From Octopus bimaculoides (lineage: Eukaryota), in NCBI RefSeq assembly GCF_001194135.2, contig NC_068990.1, positions 15,157,209-15,221,208 on the forward strand: a stretch of 64,000 bases of DNA. The letters are read 5' to 3'. The notes below the pieces were generated by a model that ran no database searches, was not told where the DNA came from, and worked only from the letters and a program-made list of their open reading frames with translations. How positions within the stretch are numbered: the stretch's first letter is position 1; each line of letters starts with the position of its first letter. Made by a program: the position numbers and the translations under genes. Positions 1 through 11,737 of the stretch are shown here, one piece after another.

Positions 1-1729
1 CAACACATCTAATCCAGAAATCAAAACCACAATCTTTACAATCATGAGTCCAACACCCCAACCACTAAGACACATGCCTACACCTAGACATGAGTACACA
101 GAAACACACACATACACATATATACACAACAGGCTTCTTTCAGTTTGTCAACCAAATCCACTCGTAAGGCTTTGGTTGGCTTGAAGCCATAGTAGAAGAC
201 TCTTGCCCAAGGTGCCACACAGTAAGACCGAGCTCATGACCACATGTTTGGGAAGCAAGCTTCTCGACCATACAACCACAGCTGCACTTTATATGTATTT
301 ATCATCACCATCGTCGTTTAACGTCTGCTTTCTATGCTAGCATGGGTTGGACGATTTGACTGAGGACTGGTAAGCCAGCAGGCTGCACCAGGCTCCAATC
401 TGATCGTCTGCTTTCCATGCTAGCATGGGTTGATATCCCAATTCCTTACCTGCCTCATTCTCTCACTGGTTTAAGTTTGATCACATGACTAGTATAGACA
501 TTATCAAATAGATATAAAAGCTTTTTGATTAACATTAATTCTTTTATCAAGCATATAAAGCTATCATTATCATGTGCCAGCACATCATGCCAATGCCACA
601 GTAAAGCATCCAGCACACACTGTAAAGTGGTTGGCATTAAGAAGGGCATCCAGCCATAGAAACTAGACTAAATCAGACTGGAACCTTGTGCAGCTTTCTG
701 GCTGCCAGTTTGGGTCAAACCATCCAAACCGTGCCAGCATGGAAAATGAACATTGATGATGAAGAACAACAGGCTAGCAAATGGTAAAACACCAGACTAA
801 TTCTTCTTATTTCCAGTCCTGCTAAAATAGAGCTTAACATCCTTTTTCCCTCCCCAAAATAAGTACCTCTAATTTGATTATGATTTTAATGAACTTTACT
901 GAAAGGGAGAACACAGGTTAAATACATAAAAATAACAATTTCATCTTTTTTCTGCAGAGATTTAAGTGCTGAGATTTCCTTTGCTGCAACTACAGATTGA
1001 TCTGTTTGGACAGTCAAAAAGTAACAAAACTATCTACCCTAGTTCTCTTTTAATTAAAATTTCAAAAGTCTAGCTACAGTTGACTATAGATTGAATTTTA
1101 GTTTTGCATTTCCACTGAAAAAAAAAAAAAAATGAAGTACTGGGGTTAATTTGTTTGACTAAACCTTTCAATGCAGGCCCTCACCATAGCTACAGCTCTA
1201 TAATTGAAACAAGTAAAAAATAAAAGATTTTTAAAAGTGATATTAATTAATGTAAGGTATACGTAGAGGAGTAATAGAAGCAGTGAGCCCTCACACGTGC
1301 TGTGTTTAAACACTGCTATCATTGATTTTTACCGTTCAGCTACCTTGGGTTGTTAACATAACAGAGCAGAGATATAGGCTAAATGAAATCAATACCAGTA
1401 CAACACTAAATGATCAATATGCAGAAAAAAAAAAAGGTTTTTGTTGGTCTTTTCTCAGATTAATAAGGAAAGGGGGAGGTTTAATATAAAACAAAAAATT
1501 AAATTTTTTCTTACAACAAAAACAACTCAGATTTCAATAATTCTATAATTGCTATATAATATAATTGATTGCATGCAACCAAATTGAAACAGAGAAACTT
1601 CAAGCTCATACAAGCTTTCAGTTTAATTCCTTCTTCTCATAAGAATATACTGTTTGAAATGTCAGATTTTTTTCATAATAAACACTGCAGTGACGGGTCC
1701 AGTTAAAACCTATAAATATGACATCAATA

Positions 1730-2941
1730 TCTATAAAACACAAGATGTTTGTGTGTGTGTGTACGTGATGTGGGTTATGCACGTCCACAAATTAGCACGC
1801 ATGTCGCTCCAATTTTAGGATTACATTGTTCATGACCCTATCTGTGTTTTTGTCAACTTTTTCTCACAGAGGCACCCGCGTATAGCTGTAAAAATCGATA
1901 AACTTTTACCAATTTTGAAGTTTGTTGACATGGCGAAGTCAAATCTGTGCGTACGCGCGCGATGGAGAGAGAGAGCAAGAGAGAGAGAAAGAAAGAAAAA
2001 GAGGGAGAAAGAAAGAAAGAAAGAGAGAGAAAGAAAGAAAGAGAGAGAGNNNNNNNNNNNNNNNNNNNNNNNNNNNNNNNNNNNNNNNNNNNNNNNNNNN
2101 NNNNNNNNNNNNNNNNNNNNNNNNNNNNNNNNNNNNNNNNNNNNNNNNNNNNNNNNNNNNNNNNNNNNNNNNNNNNNNNNNNNNNNNNNNNNNNNNNNNN
2201 NNNNNNNNNNNNNNNNNNNNNNNNNNNNNNNNNNNNNNNNNNNNNNNNNNNNNNNNNNNNNNNNNNNNNNNNNNNNNNNNNNNNNNNNNNNNNNNNNNNN
2301 NNNNNNNNNNNNNNNNNNNNNNNNNNNNNNNNNNNNNNNNNNNNNNNNNNNNNNNNNNNNNNNNNNNNNNNNNNNNNNNNNNNNNNNNNNNNNNNNNNNN
2401 NNNNNNNNNNNNNNNNNNNNNNNNNNNNNNNNNNNNNNNNNNNNNNNNNNNNNNNNNNNNNNNNNNNNNNNNNNNNNNNNNNNNNNNNNNNNNNNNNNNN
2501 NNNNNNNNNNNNNNNNNNNNNNNNNNNNNNNNNNNNNNNNNNNNNNNNNNNNNNNNNNNNNNNNNNNNNNNNNNNNNNNNNNNNNNNNNNNNNNNNNNNN
2601 NNNNNAAGGGACAGGCTCCTTATTTTTTGGTTAAGGTTGTTGGTAAGCTTTCCTAAGTTACTCCAATCCAGATCCCCAATGCAAACCTTCAGATCAACCT
2701 TCTCCTATGCAGATCTCTAATGCAACATTTAAAAAAAGAGTCAATAAGTGAAAATAACCAATAAACTGATTCCTTATGGGATTTCCCAATCAAATTGCCA
2801 GCAAACCATTTTCAGCCAAACCAACTTCAACGGATTTCGCTCAAATCTGATGTCGATGTTACTTATTTTGGTTTGAAATAAAGGACTTAATCATTTAATA
2901 ATCCTAGCTTAATCCCGAGCAGTGCCGGGTTATACTGCTAG
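1730..2941 (+). mobile_element. Non-autonomous Helitron-like element (interrupted by a gap)
   Basis: Begins TCTATA after an A and ends with a GC hairpin (cccgagcagtgccggg) followed by CTAG before a T: canonical A|TC...CTAG|T Helitron ends; internal (GA)-rich microsatellite. Confidence 0.65.
2050..2605. other. Assembly gap (others at 13834-14096, 33937-34060, 41342-41351, 47954-48093, 50645-50883)
   Basis: Runs of N, mostly bordered by simple repeats. Confidence 1.
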
Positions 2942-3376
2942 TTAATGATAAAACAGTTAAAATTGGAGAGCTGGCAGAAATTTTACATTTTGGCTTCTTA
3001 CATTCCAAGTTCAAATGCTGCCAAATTCAACTTTGCCTTTCACCCTCTGGGGCTAAAAAATAAGGACCAGTGAACTATTAGTCAATGTAATCAACTTACC
3101 CCACCCCTCAAAATTGCTGGTCTTGAGCCAAAATTAAAAATAATAGTATGGCAGTTAATATTTGTGAAAATAGCTTACAGATGATTGAATTAGAGATATA
3201 CAAAGCTGTTATTTATTAACTCTAATAAATCAATGTTCTGAGTCCCTAAGTTAGTAACAATGAATCACCCTTACCAACATATACTGGCTGCCTTTTAGCT
3301 ACAAAGGAGACTATATTTTGAAAGAAAAAGATTCCACAATTGTATCACTCTTGCCTTTTTAAAAGAATTTAGTAGA

Positions 3377-3544
3377 GGTGCAGGAGTGGCTGTGGGAAGT
3401 AGCTTGCTTACCAACCACATGGTTCTGGGTTCAGTCCCACTGCGTGGCACCTTAGGCAAGTGTCTTCTACTATAGCCTCGGGCCAACCAAAGCCTTGTGA
3501 GTGGATTTGGTAGACGGAAACTGAAAGAAGCCCGTCGTATATAT

Positions 3545-3584
<40 letters not shown>

Positions 3585-3792
3585 GTATATTTGTGTGTCT
3601 GTGTTTGTCCCCCCAACATCGCTTGACAACCGATGCTGGTGTGTTTACGTGCCCGTAACTTAGTGGTTTGGCATAAGTGACTGATAGAATAAGTACCAGG
3701 CTTACAAAGCATAAGTCCTAGGGTTGATTTGCTCGACTAAAGGCGGTGCTCCAGCATGGCCGCAGTCAAATGACTGAAACAAGGAAAAGAGT
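3377..3792 (+). mobile_element. tRNA-head SINE, family A (CORE-like), near full length
   Basis: A-box TGGCTGTGGG and B-box GGTTCAGTCCC, then ggcaccttaggcaagtgtcttctactatagcc, internal (TA)/(TG)n, tail gactgaaacaag; more than 10 copies in the window. Confidence 0.85.
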
Positions 3793-4337
3793 CTTACTTG
3801 TTCTACAGTATTTGCAACAAATTGGAGTCAGTCTGAACATAACTAAGATAAATATGGTGTTTGTGAAAATTTTACAAGTAGAATATGGAAAAAGAAATTG
3901 CAACATTCTAGTCATTCCATTGGATTTGTAAGTAGTTAGAACTATATAGCAAGGACATATACATATTGGTTTCAAATTTAAGCACAAGGCCAGCAATTTG
4001 AGAGAAGGGGGTAAGTTGATTACATCGAGCCCCCTGCTCATCAGGTACTTATTTTATTGAACTTACAATGATGAAAGGCAAAGGTGACCTCAACGGAATT
4101 TGAACTCAAAACAAAGATTGATGAAATGTCACTAAGCGTTTTGCCTGGCGTGCTAACAATTCCGCCTGCTTACAACCTAATAGCAAGGATATATATATTA
4201 TCATTATATAATAATTCTGTTTGTCATTCCGTTACTTAGCCCATCAGTAACACTTTCACATGATTAGAAAAAAAGAGGGAGAAAGAAAAAGAGGGAGAGA
4301 GAAGAGTCCATGACATGAGGTAGAGGGAATGTAATTA

Positions 4338-4732
4338 CTCTTTTCCTTGTTTCAGTCATTTGACCGTAGCCGTGCTGGAGCACCGCCTTTAGTTGAGCAA
4401 ATCGACCCTGGGACTTATTCTTTGTAAGCCTAGTACTTATTCAACCGGTCTCTTTTGCCGAACCGCTAAGTTACAGGGACGTAAACACACCAGCATCGGT
4501 TGTCAAGCGATGTTGGGGGGGGGGGAGGACAAACATATACACACACATACATACATATATATATATATACGACGGGCTTCTTTCAGTTTCCATCTACCAA
4601 ATCCACTCGCAAGGCTTTGGTCAGACTGAGGCTATAGTAGAAGACACTTGCCCAAGGTACCAAGCAGTGGGACTGAACCCAGAACCATGTGGTTGGTAAG
4701 CAAGCTACTTACCACACAGCCATTCCTATGCT
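4338..4732 (-). mobile_element. SINE family A, near full length, inverted relative to 3377-3792
   Basis: Reverse complement of the 3377-3792 copy along its whole length. Confidence 0.85.
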
Positions 4733-6949
4733 GTAATGCTTTCGAGTGATTAGTTGTAAAGAAAGTGAGGAGAAAGAAAAAGGAGAGAGAAGATGAAGAT
4801 AAGGCGAAGAGTGAGACAGAAAGCGAGAGAAAAAAGGGAGAGAGAGAAGTGTCCATGACATGAGGTAGGGCAGACATATTTATTATGTGGCGAAAGAAGT
4901 TAGTCGAAGGTAGTGATGATATAGAAGAGGAAAGTTAAAAATATAAATTTAGCAGAGGGGGGATGTTCTGATAGTGAAGTTAAAGAAAGGCAGAGAGGGG
5001 AGAGGAGAGAGAAAGAGAGGGAGGGACAGATGGTGATGGTGGTGGAGATGAAGGTGGTGCTGATAGGACAGCAAAAAGTGTATTTTAAAAAAAAACTGAG
5101 TTAAGTTTTTTATATTACCTATCAGGTAGGGCATGCACATAAGTGCAATTCTGTGAAATATCCACGCTTATTTACATGGCAGATATATGCAAATTAACTA
5201 AAGGTTGTATCATATGTACAGGTTATGTTTTTCTTTTGTTTATGGGGAAAATAGAAAAATAAGAGTGAATAATAGGAAATGGAAGTGGTTCAGAAAGGGG
5301 AGACAACTGAGAAAGCAGTGGGGTGTAGTAAGTGCTTACTCTGCTCTCAAATGAGAGAGGACTGATTGATGTTAGGGGATGGAGTGTGGGGGAGAAAAGG
5401 TAGGCAGGTCAGAGAGAGTGGGAATGGGGAAGAGCCCCTCATGGACAAGCATTACCAAGGTGGTTTTAGGATATCAATTCCACAGTGATGGACAAGTCTT
5501 CTGGAGTACAGCAAGGTGCCAGATATCTTGGTCCTTCATCATCTCCTTCGTAAGGCTCAGCGTTTTGACATCGGCCTTCAATATTATATGCCATGTCTTC
5601 CTAATCACCCTCTTCTACAAGTTCCATCCACTTTAAGTGATCAGCACTTCTCTATGCAACCGACTACATCCATACACATCACATCACCAAACCAGCACAG
5701 TCTTCTCTCTTGCACACTGCATGTAATACCTCTTACACCTAACTTTTCTCTCAATACACCAGCACTTTGTTGCATATGTACACAAACATTGCACATCATC
5801 ATTTTACTTATTTTCTCATGCTGTCATGGGATGGACATGTCACAGACTGAACCCACCCCCATCCTAAGATTCTGCCCTCCTAGTTTGGCCAGCAATCATA
5901 TGTTCCATTCTAAGCATGCGTATGTGTATGTGCTGCACACTTACATCATTATTTGGCATATTTTAAGGTGGTGAGTTGGCACAATCATTAACATGTCAGA
6001 CAAAATAATTAGTAGCATTTCTTCTGACTCTTTACATTTTAAGTTCAAATGCCACTGAGGTTAACTTGGCGTTTCATCCTCCCAGGGTCAGATAATATAA
6101 GTAGCACTTGAGCAGTGGGCTTACCCCTTTCCCCTAAAATTGCTGGCCTTGTGTCTTAATCTGAAACCATTATTCTCCATGTTTTTCCATGCTGGCATGG
6201 GTTAGATGGATCATCAAAATCCACATTGTCTTGCACACATAGCAACAGAAAAAAATACTTTCTATTCTATACCACTCCTTATTCGGAGATATTGCTTTTT
6301 CAAAAAAAAGTTTACAAAACCTGTGATGCAGCCTGCTAAATCCATATCTTGTTCACATATTACACTTTGGGCCTTAAGCACAGAGACCTGTTAAATTCAG
6401 GAATTGTAGTTAACACGCCACATTTGACATTTCTTTCTTCATTTTCCATTCCGGATCCCAATCATGCTCCTATCCATTTAATTACCTATCTATCATTCCA
6501 CCCAACACACACATAAACAATCTGTTACATTATCTCATGTAAATGAGATTTTCTTTTTTCTCATACGCGGAATCCATAGAAAATTTCCCCAAACTTGTTC
6601 CTTCCTACTATGAAAAAGCAAGGCAGCTTCTTGCATTCCTCAAAGGCCTTATGAGCAGATAATATAATTCTTGCACAACACACAATATGAATTGCAGTCA
6701 ATAACAAATGTAATCTGATTGTATTGTGTAACAAAGCACCACAAACATGGTATTAAGTGCTCTAGTTTCGTGAGTATGTTAAACAAGTATCTTATATACA
6801 ACATTATCAACAGTTAACATGCCTCTTCCCATACTTCCATAAGCTGGGCAGTCCAACAGGAAGTGACAAGACAGAGAGCTGTACCAAACTCCAATGTCTG
6901 CTTTGGCATGGTTTCTATAGCCGGATGCCCTTGCCAATACCAACCATGT

Positions 6950-6981
<32 letters not shown>

Positions 6982-7699
6982 CACAATGAATCCTGGTGAA
7001 TGCTGACAAAAGAGATTTGAAGTACATCAAGTTGACAGATAGGGTCTGAACAACTCTATACATTGTACAATGATGTACACACACACACACAGACACATAC
7101 TTATATACATATAAATACATACTCTTTATTTGTTTCAGTAATTCGACTGTGGCCATGCTAGAGCACCGCCTTTAGTTGAGCAAATCGACCCCAGGACTTA
7201 TTCTTTGTAAGCCTAGTATTTATTGTATCGGTTCTCTTTTGCCAAACCGCTAAGTTACAGGGGACATAAACACACCAGCATTGGTTGTCAAGCGATGTTG
7301 GGGGGGGGGGGGACACAAACATATATACAGACAGATATATAAATCTAAAATCTTCATATTGAAACTGGTTAATTGGGTATTTTATCAGGGGATAATTTTC
7401 TAGAAAGGAATTACATTCCAACGTGTTGGTCGAGCCCTTAACAGACTCAGATGTGAGTGTTTTGGTAATGTAGGTATTTAAAAAAACAGTTGTGAGTATA
7501 TATATATATATATATATAAACAAATATGTATGATATATTTGTGCGTGTACATTTGTAATACATAATAGTTATTGGTGGTGGTGGTGTTGAAGTTAGGGTG
7601 AACTAGGCATTATATAAATATGAGAAAGAGAGAGTGGTAACATTCCTCATGTAATTGTGTGTTTATTAAAATATGACGTATCAAAAACTAATTATCATA

Positions 7700-8740
7700 T
7701 TTATAGAATTGCACCATCCATATTATCCTAAAAATATGAATATCAGTATCTCTAACATGGATGTGTCTCATGCTAGTAAAGATTTTAAACAAACTTCGAA
7801 GAATAGGAATAAGCATAGGGTAAGTAAGGTTAAATATCCAAATGAGAAAAATGATATACAAAATGAGAAGCAATGCATTACTTCGTTCTTCTTATTGTCC
7901 TCATGGGGTTAGAAATATGAATAATAGAGTAAAAAAAAACAAATGCCTTATATATATATATCTAAGAGGGTTCGCAAATTTGAAAAGTATGATGCATCTG
8001 CTGATACGAATGACATTATTTGGTTTATAATTCCATTCGCTAAGCAAATTAAGAATAATTTGGTTGGGGTCTTATACAAACTTTTTTCTAAACACTTTAC
8101 AAAGGAAAATAGATATTATATTATCAACACTAGGTTTTTCAAAGTTGCCTTTTTTGTATCACATAACTTGTCCCAGATTATATCTTTAATTAACAAAAAA
8201 AAAAAAATCATCTAATTTTTATAATAATTATAACCGTAGAAAATGCGATGGTAATGCTCTTAGAACAAGTGTAAATAAGAAATGTGTACTTGAGTCGTCT
8301 AGTGTACAAGGGGAAACAACCCAAATTAAATCCCATCTCAAACCTCTTGGATACAGGTAACGGCAAATAGTAATCATATCGAATGTAATGATATAAAACA
8401 GAATATGAGTAGTAATGAAAATATATTTTGTGATTGCAAGGTTAGAAGTAAATGTTTATTTAAAAATTGTGCACAAAAAAAATGTTGTTTACAGATGTAA
8501 AGTGAAATCTGAAGGTAAGAGTTTCTTTCACTTAGGAGTAATGCAAAATTTTATCAAGAGATGTATATCTAATCATATTTACATCTTTAATAATAGGATC
8601 AAGTCCTCTAGTACCAGTCTCAGCTAATTCATTTGGGACTTGAAAGACAAGAAAAAAATGTTTTTCTGTGGAGTGGAAAATTATAAGCAAGGCTATTGCT
8701 TATAAAATTGGTAATTCTTTTTGCTTTCTATCTTGAAGAG
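7700..8740 (+). mobile_element. Degenerate Penelope-like retroelement fragment (linker and GIY-YIG endonuclease)
   Basis: Translations DIIWFIIPFAKQIKNNLVGVLYKLFSKHFTKENRYYIINTRFFKVAFFVSHNLSQII and CDCKVRSKCL..NVVYRCKVKSEGKSFFHLG..NH...F.N....STSLS*FIWDLKDK..WKIISKA resemble the PLE consensus RNIIWFNPPYS..KHFP..KVSYSC and CNCR..CPL..VVY..YIG..NH..ST.LS.YIW.LK; stops and frameshifts present. Confidence 0.8.
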
Positions 8741-11697
8741 TTATACCAAACCCTATTCTCCAGGCGGCACCTTTGAAATACGAGGATTGAGGCTGGTTTT
8801 TCATGTGTTCACACATGTAAATGGACTCTCAAAAACTACCATTAGATATATTATAAATAAATTATATATCAAAGCTACTAGTACTTTGAATCGGTTGGTA
8901 TTTCATGTTTAGTACACTAACATCTATAACTGTAAAGAATTAAGAATTCTTAATAGATATATAAATACTAAATTTTATATTAAAATATTAATATTTCACC
9001 ATATATATTAGAAAAGGGACTGATTTTTCATGTATTCATACATTTATGGGTGTTCAAAGAAACTATCATTAGATATCTTATTATAAATAATTAATTATAT
9101 GTTAAATCTACTTGAAATATGAATCTGTTGATACTTCACGTCTTATTACACTAGCATCTGTAAATATAAGCATTAAAGAATGCTTAGTAGATATAAAAAT
9201 ATTAATTAAATGGTAAAGATGTATACTAAATTTTCTGCACAGGTAACAGTATCATTGCAGTTTGCTATAAATTTAATTAAACACTTTTCTCATAAATATG
9301 TCAATATTTCATAATATAATTATTAAACTAAGAGGCAAAAAGAATTGATTTTATAGTTGTGGCTTTAGTAATATTAGGTTTTTAAATAAAAATTTTATCA
9401 ATTGTATTTTGGTAACATTAAAATTTTCTTTTGCTTATGTAGTTGTATTGACCATAACTATTAAACACAAATTTAGAGGACACATGATAATTAGCAGTTT
9501 TTGATGTCATATTTTTGTTGGCTTCCATATTTTAATAAACACACTATTACATGAGGAATGTTACTGCTCGCTCTTTATATATATATATATTAAAAAAAAA
9601 ACACCTAGTTCACTCTAATGGCAACACCACCACCAACAACTATTATGTATTACAAACCCACATGCACAACTATATCATACATATTTGTTATATATATATA
9701 TATATATATATATTTATTTATATATACTCGTTTTTTTTTTAAATACATACATTACCAAAACGCTCACATCTAAGTCTCTCAAGGGCTCGACCAATGCATT
9801 GGAACGTAACTCCTTTCTAGGAAATTCTCCCCTGATGAAATACCCAATTAACCAGCTTCAATATGATAAGTTCAAATCAATTTAATTTTTCTAATTGAAT
9901 TGGATATGGAAACGGCTGTAGGGACAAGAATTGCATATATTATCGATTTGAATATCTTTGAATAAACTGATGTCTCTATGTCAATTTCTCCATTTTCTTT
10001 TCTCATTCACAAATATTTTAAGTCCCCATATCCATCAATGCAAAACTAACATATTCAGTTTTTCACTGAACACTGGTATAAACTAAGATGCAAACATCTC
10101 TGAAAGGAGTATAGGTCCTTGGCATGATTTTATATACACATCACACACATATCATCAGATGCTACTCCCGTCTCCAAACAAAGCAATATTTCCTCGCTCA
10201 TAAGCACAAAGACCAGATATGAATTCACAGAATATTACAATCAAATGGTGACATATTTTTGTGAATAGAGACCATTCAGTAAGTGTATATCAAGACAAGG
10301 GAGCAAAAACACAAATACACAGATGTTTCCACTTACCAACATTCCTCACTCACAAGGTTCTGTTGACCCAAGACTAGACTACGAAACACTTGCACAAGGT
10401 GACACATGCAGCAGTCGCAAAATAAACCACACAACCATGCCTGTGCATGCATGCACACATTATCATCACTTAAATGTCTGGGTTGTTAGGAGTTGGATGG
10501 CTTGACAAGATCCAAAGACTGTACAGAGCCCTTAATGTCTGGCTGGCATAATTTTTAGTGGATGCCCTTCCCAATACCAACCACCTTAGTGTATATATAT
10601 ATATATATCCATCATTTAACGTCCACTTTCCACGCTAGCATGGGTTGGACCATTTGACTGAGGACTGGTGAAACCGGATGGCAACACCAGCCTCCAATCT
10701 GATTTGGCAGAGTTTCTACAGCTGGATGCCCTTCCTAACGCCAATCTCTTAGAGAGTGTAGTGGGTGCTTTTACGTGTCACCCGCAAGAAGGCCAAACAC
10801 ATACACTTACATTATATATAAACACACATATTAGGGGGAACACTGAGGATTCAGTTGCCCAATCAACTGAATAACTTGCTCCTGAATTAGCAAGTAAGAT
10901 GCTCAGCACTACAGACACGTGTACTCTTAATGTAATTTTTTGGCAGCATCAGGATGACACAGTGCACTGAGGCTGTACCCTTTAAGTACAGAAACATGCT
11001 TCAACAGTTTCCATCTGCCCAGTTTGACTCTCAAGATATGGATTAACCCGTATTTATTCACACTGTTTTCAGTCACTCATTCATTATCATGAAGCTTCAA
11101 GATTTTTGATATGTGATTGTTTATGTTTTAGAACGACATTGTAGGATTAGTGAGAGAGCCCTGATATGGTCAGTTTGAACATAAACCAGGCAGAATATTT
11201 GGGCCAGATTTGGCTGATTGAAATGCTACAGAGCTAACCTGAGGCTAGAGAAAAATGACATCTGCCCAATGTGCCATGCAGTGGAACCAAACCAGAGTTG
11301 TAAAATGAATTGGCTATTCTGCTACTCTGCATCCACAGATATAATACATATGGGGAAGAGGGGGCTCAAATATTCTTTTATTCTTTCACTTATTTCAGAC
11401 ACCGAACTGCAGCCATACTGGGGCACCACTTAGAAGGGCTTAGTTGAACAAATCAACACTAGTACTTATTTTTAAAACCGATTCTTATTCTGGGGACGTA
11501 AAGAAACACTGGTTGTCAAGCAGTGGTAGGACACATACACATGTGGAAGGCCTCTTTCAGTTTCTGTTAACTCTACTCACAAGGCTTTGGTTGACCTGGG
11601 GCTACAGTAACAGATATGTGCCAAGAATGCCGCACAGTGGGACAACCTGGAACCATGTGGTTGGGAAGCAAACTTCTTACATAGCCACACCTACACA

Positions 11698-11737
<40 letters not shown>

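Noticed and set aside
867-898. 32-nt minus-strand exon-like piece (KFIKIIIKLE), plus-strand acceptor-like site near 957, minus donor near 449
   Set aside because: Too short, stops in adjoining frames, and no consistent gene model or recognisable protein
1915-2720. Long ORFs in the track spanning N-gaps (also near 13720, 33748-34273, 47905, 50588)
   Set aside because: They are open only because N codons are not stops; the flanks are (GA)n, poly-A or SINE sequence
3379-3450. tRNA-like A/B boxes (also near 22530, 27620-27688, 28728, 37125-37192)
   Set aside because: They are SINE heads that continue into repeat bodies; no complete cloverleaf or Pol III terminator
7400-7460. Possible hammerhead ribozyme in the PLE inverted arms (ctga...ctcgacc aacac gttgg; ctgatga at ~9832)
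   Set aside because: The CUGANGA and GAAA cores are not both intact with a valid stem II in either arm; could only be tested on a family consensus
7707-7820. Plus-strand exon-like segment ending AGG|GTAAGT
   Set aside because: Lies within the Penelope-like ORF remnant, and no partner host exons were found
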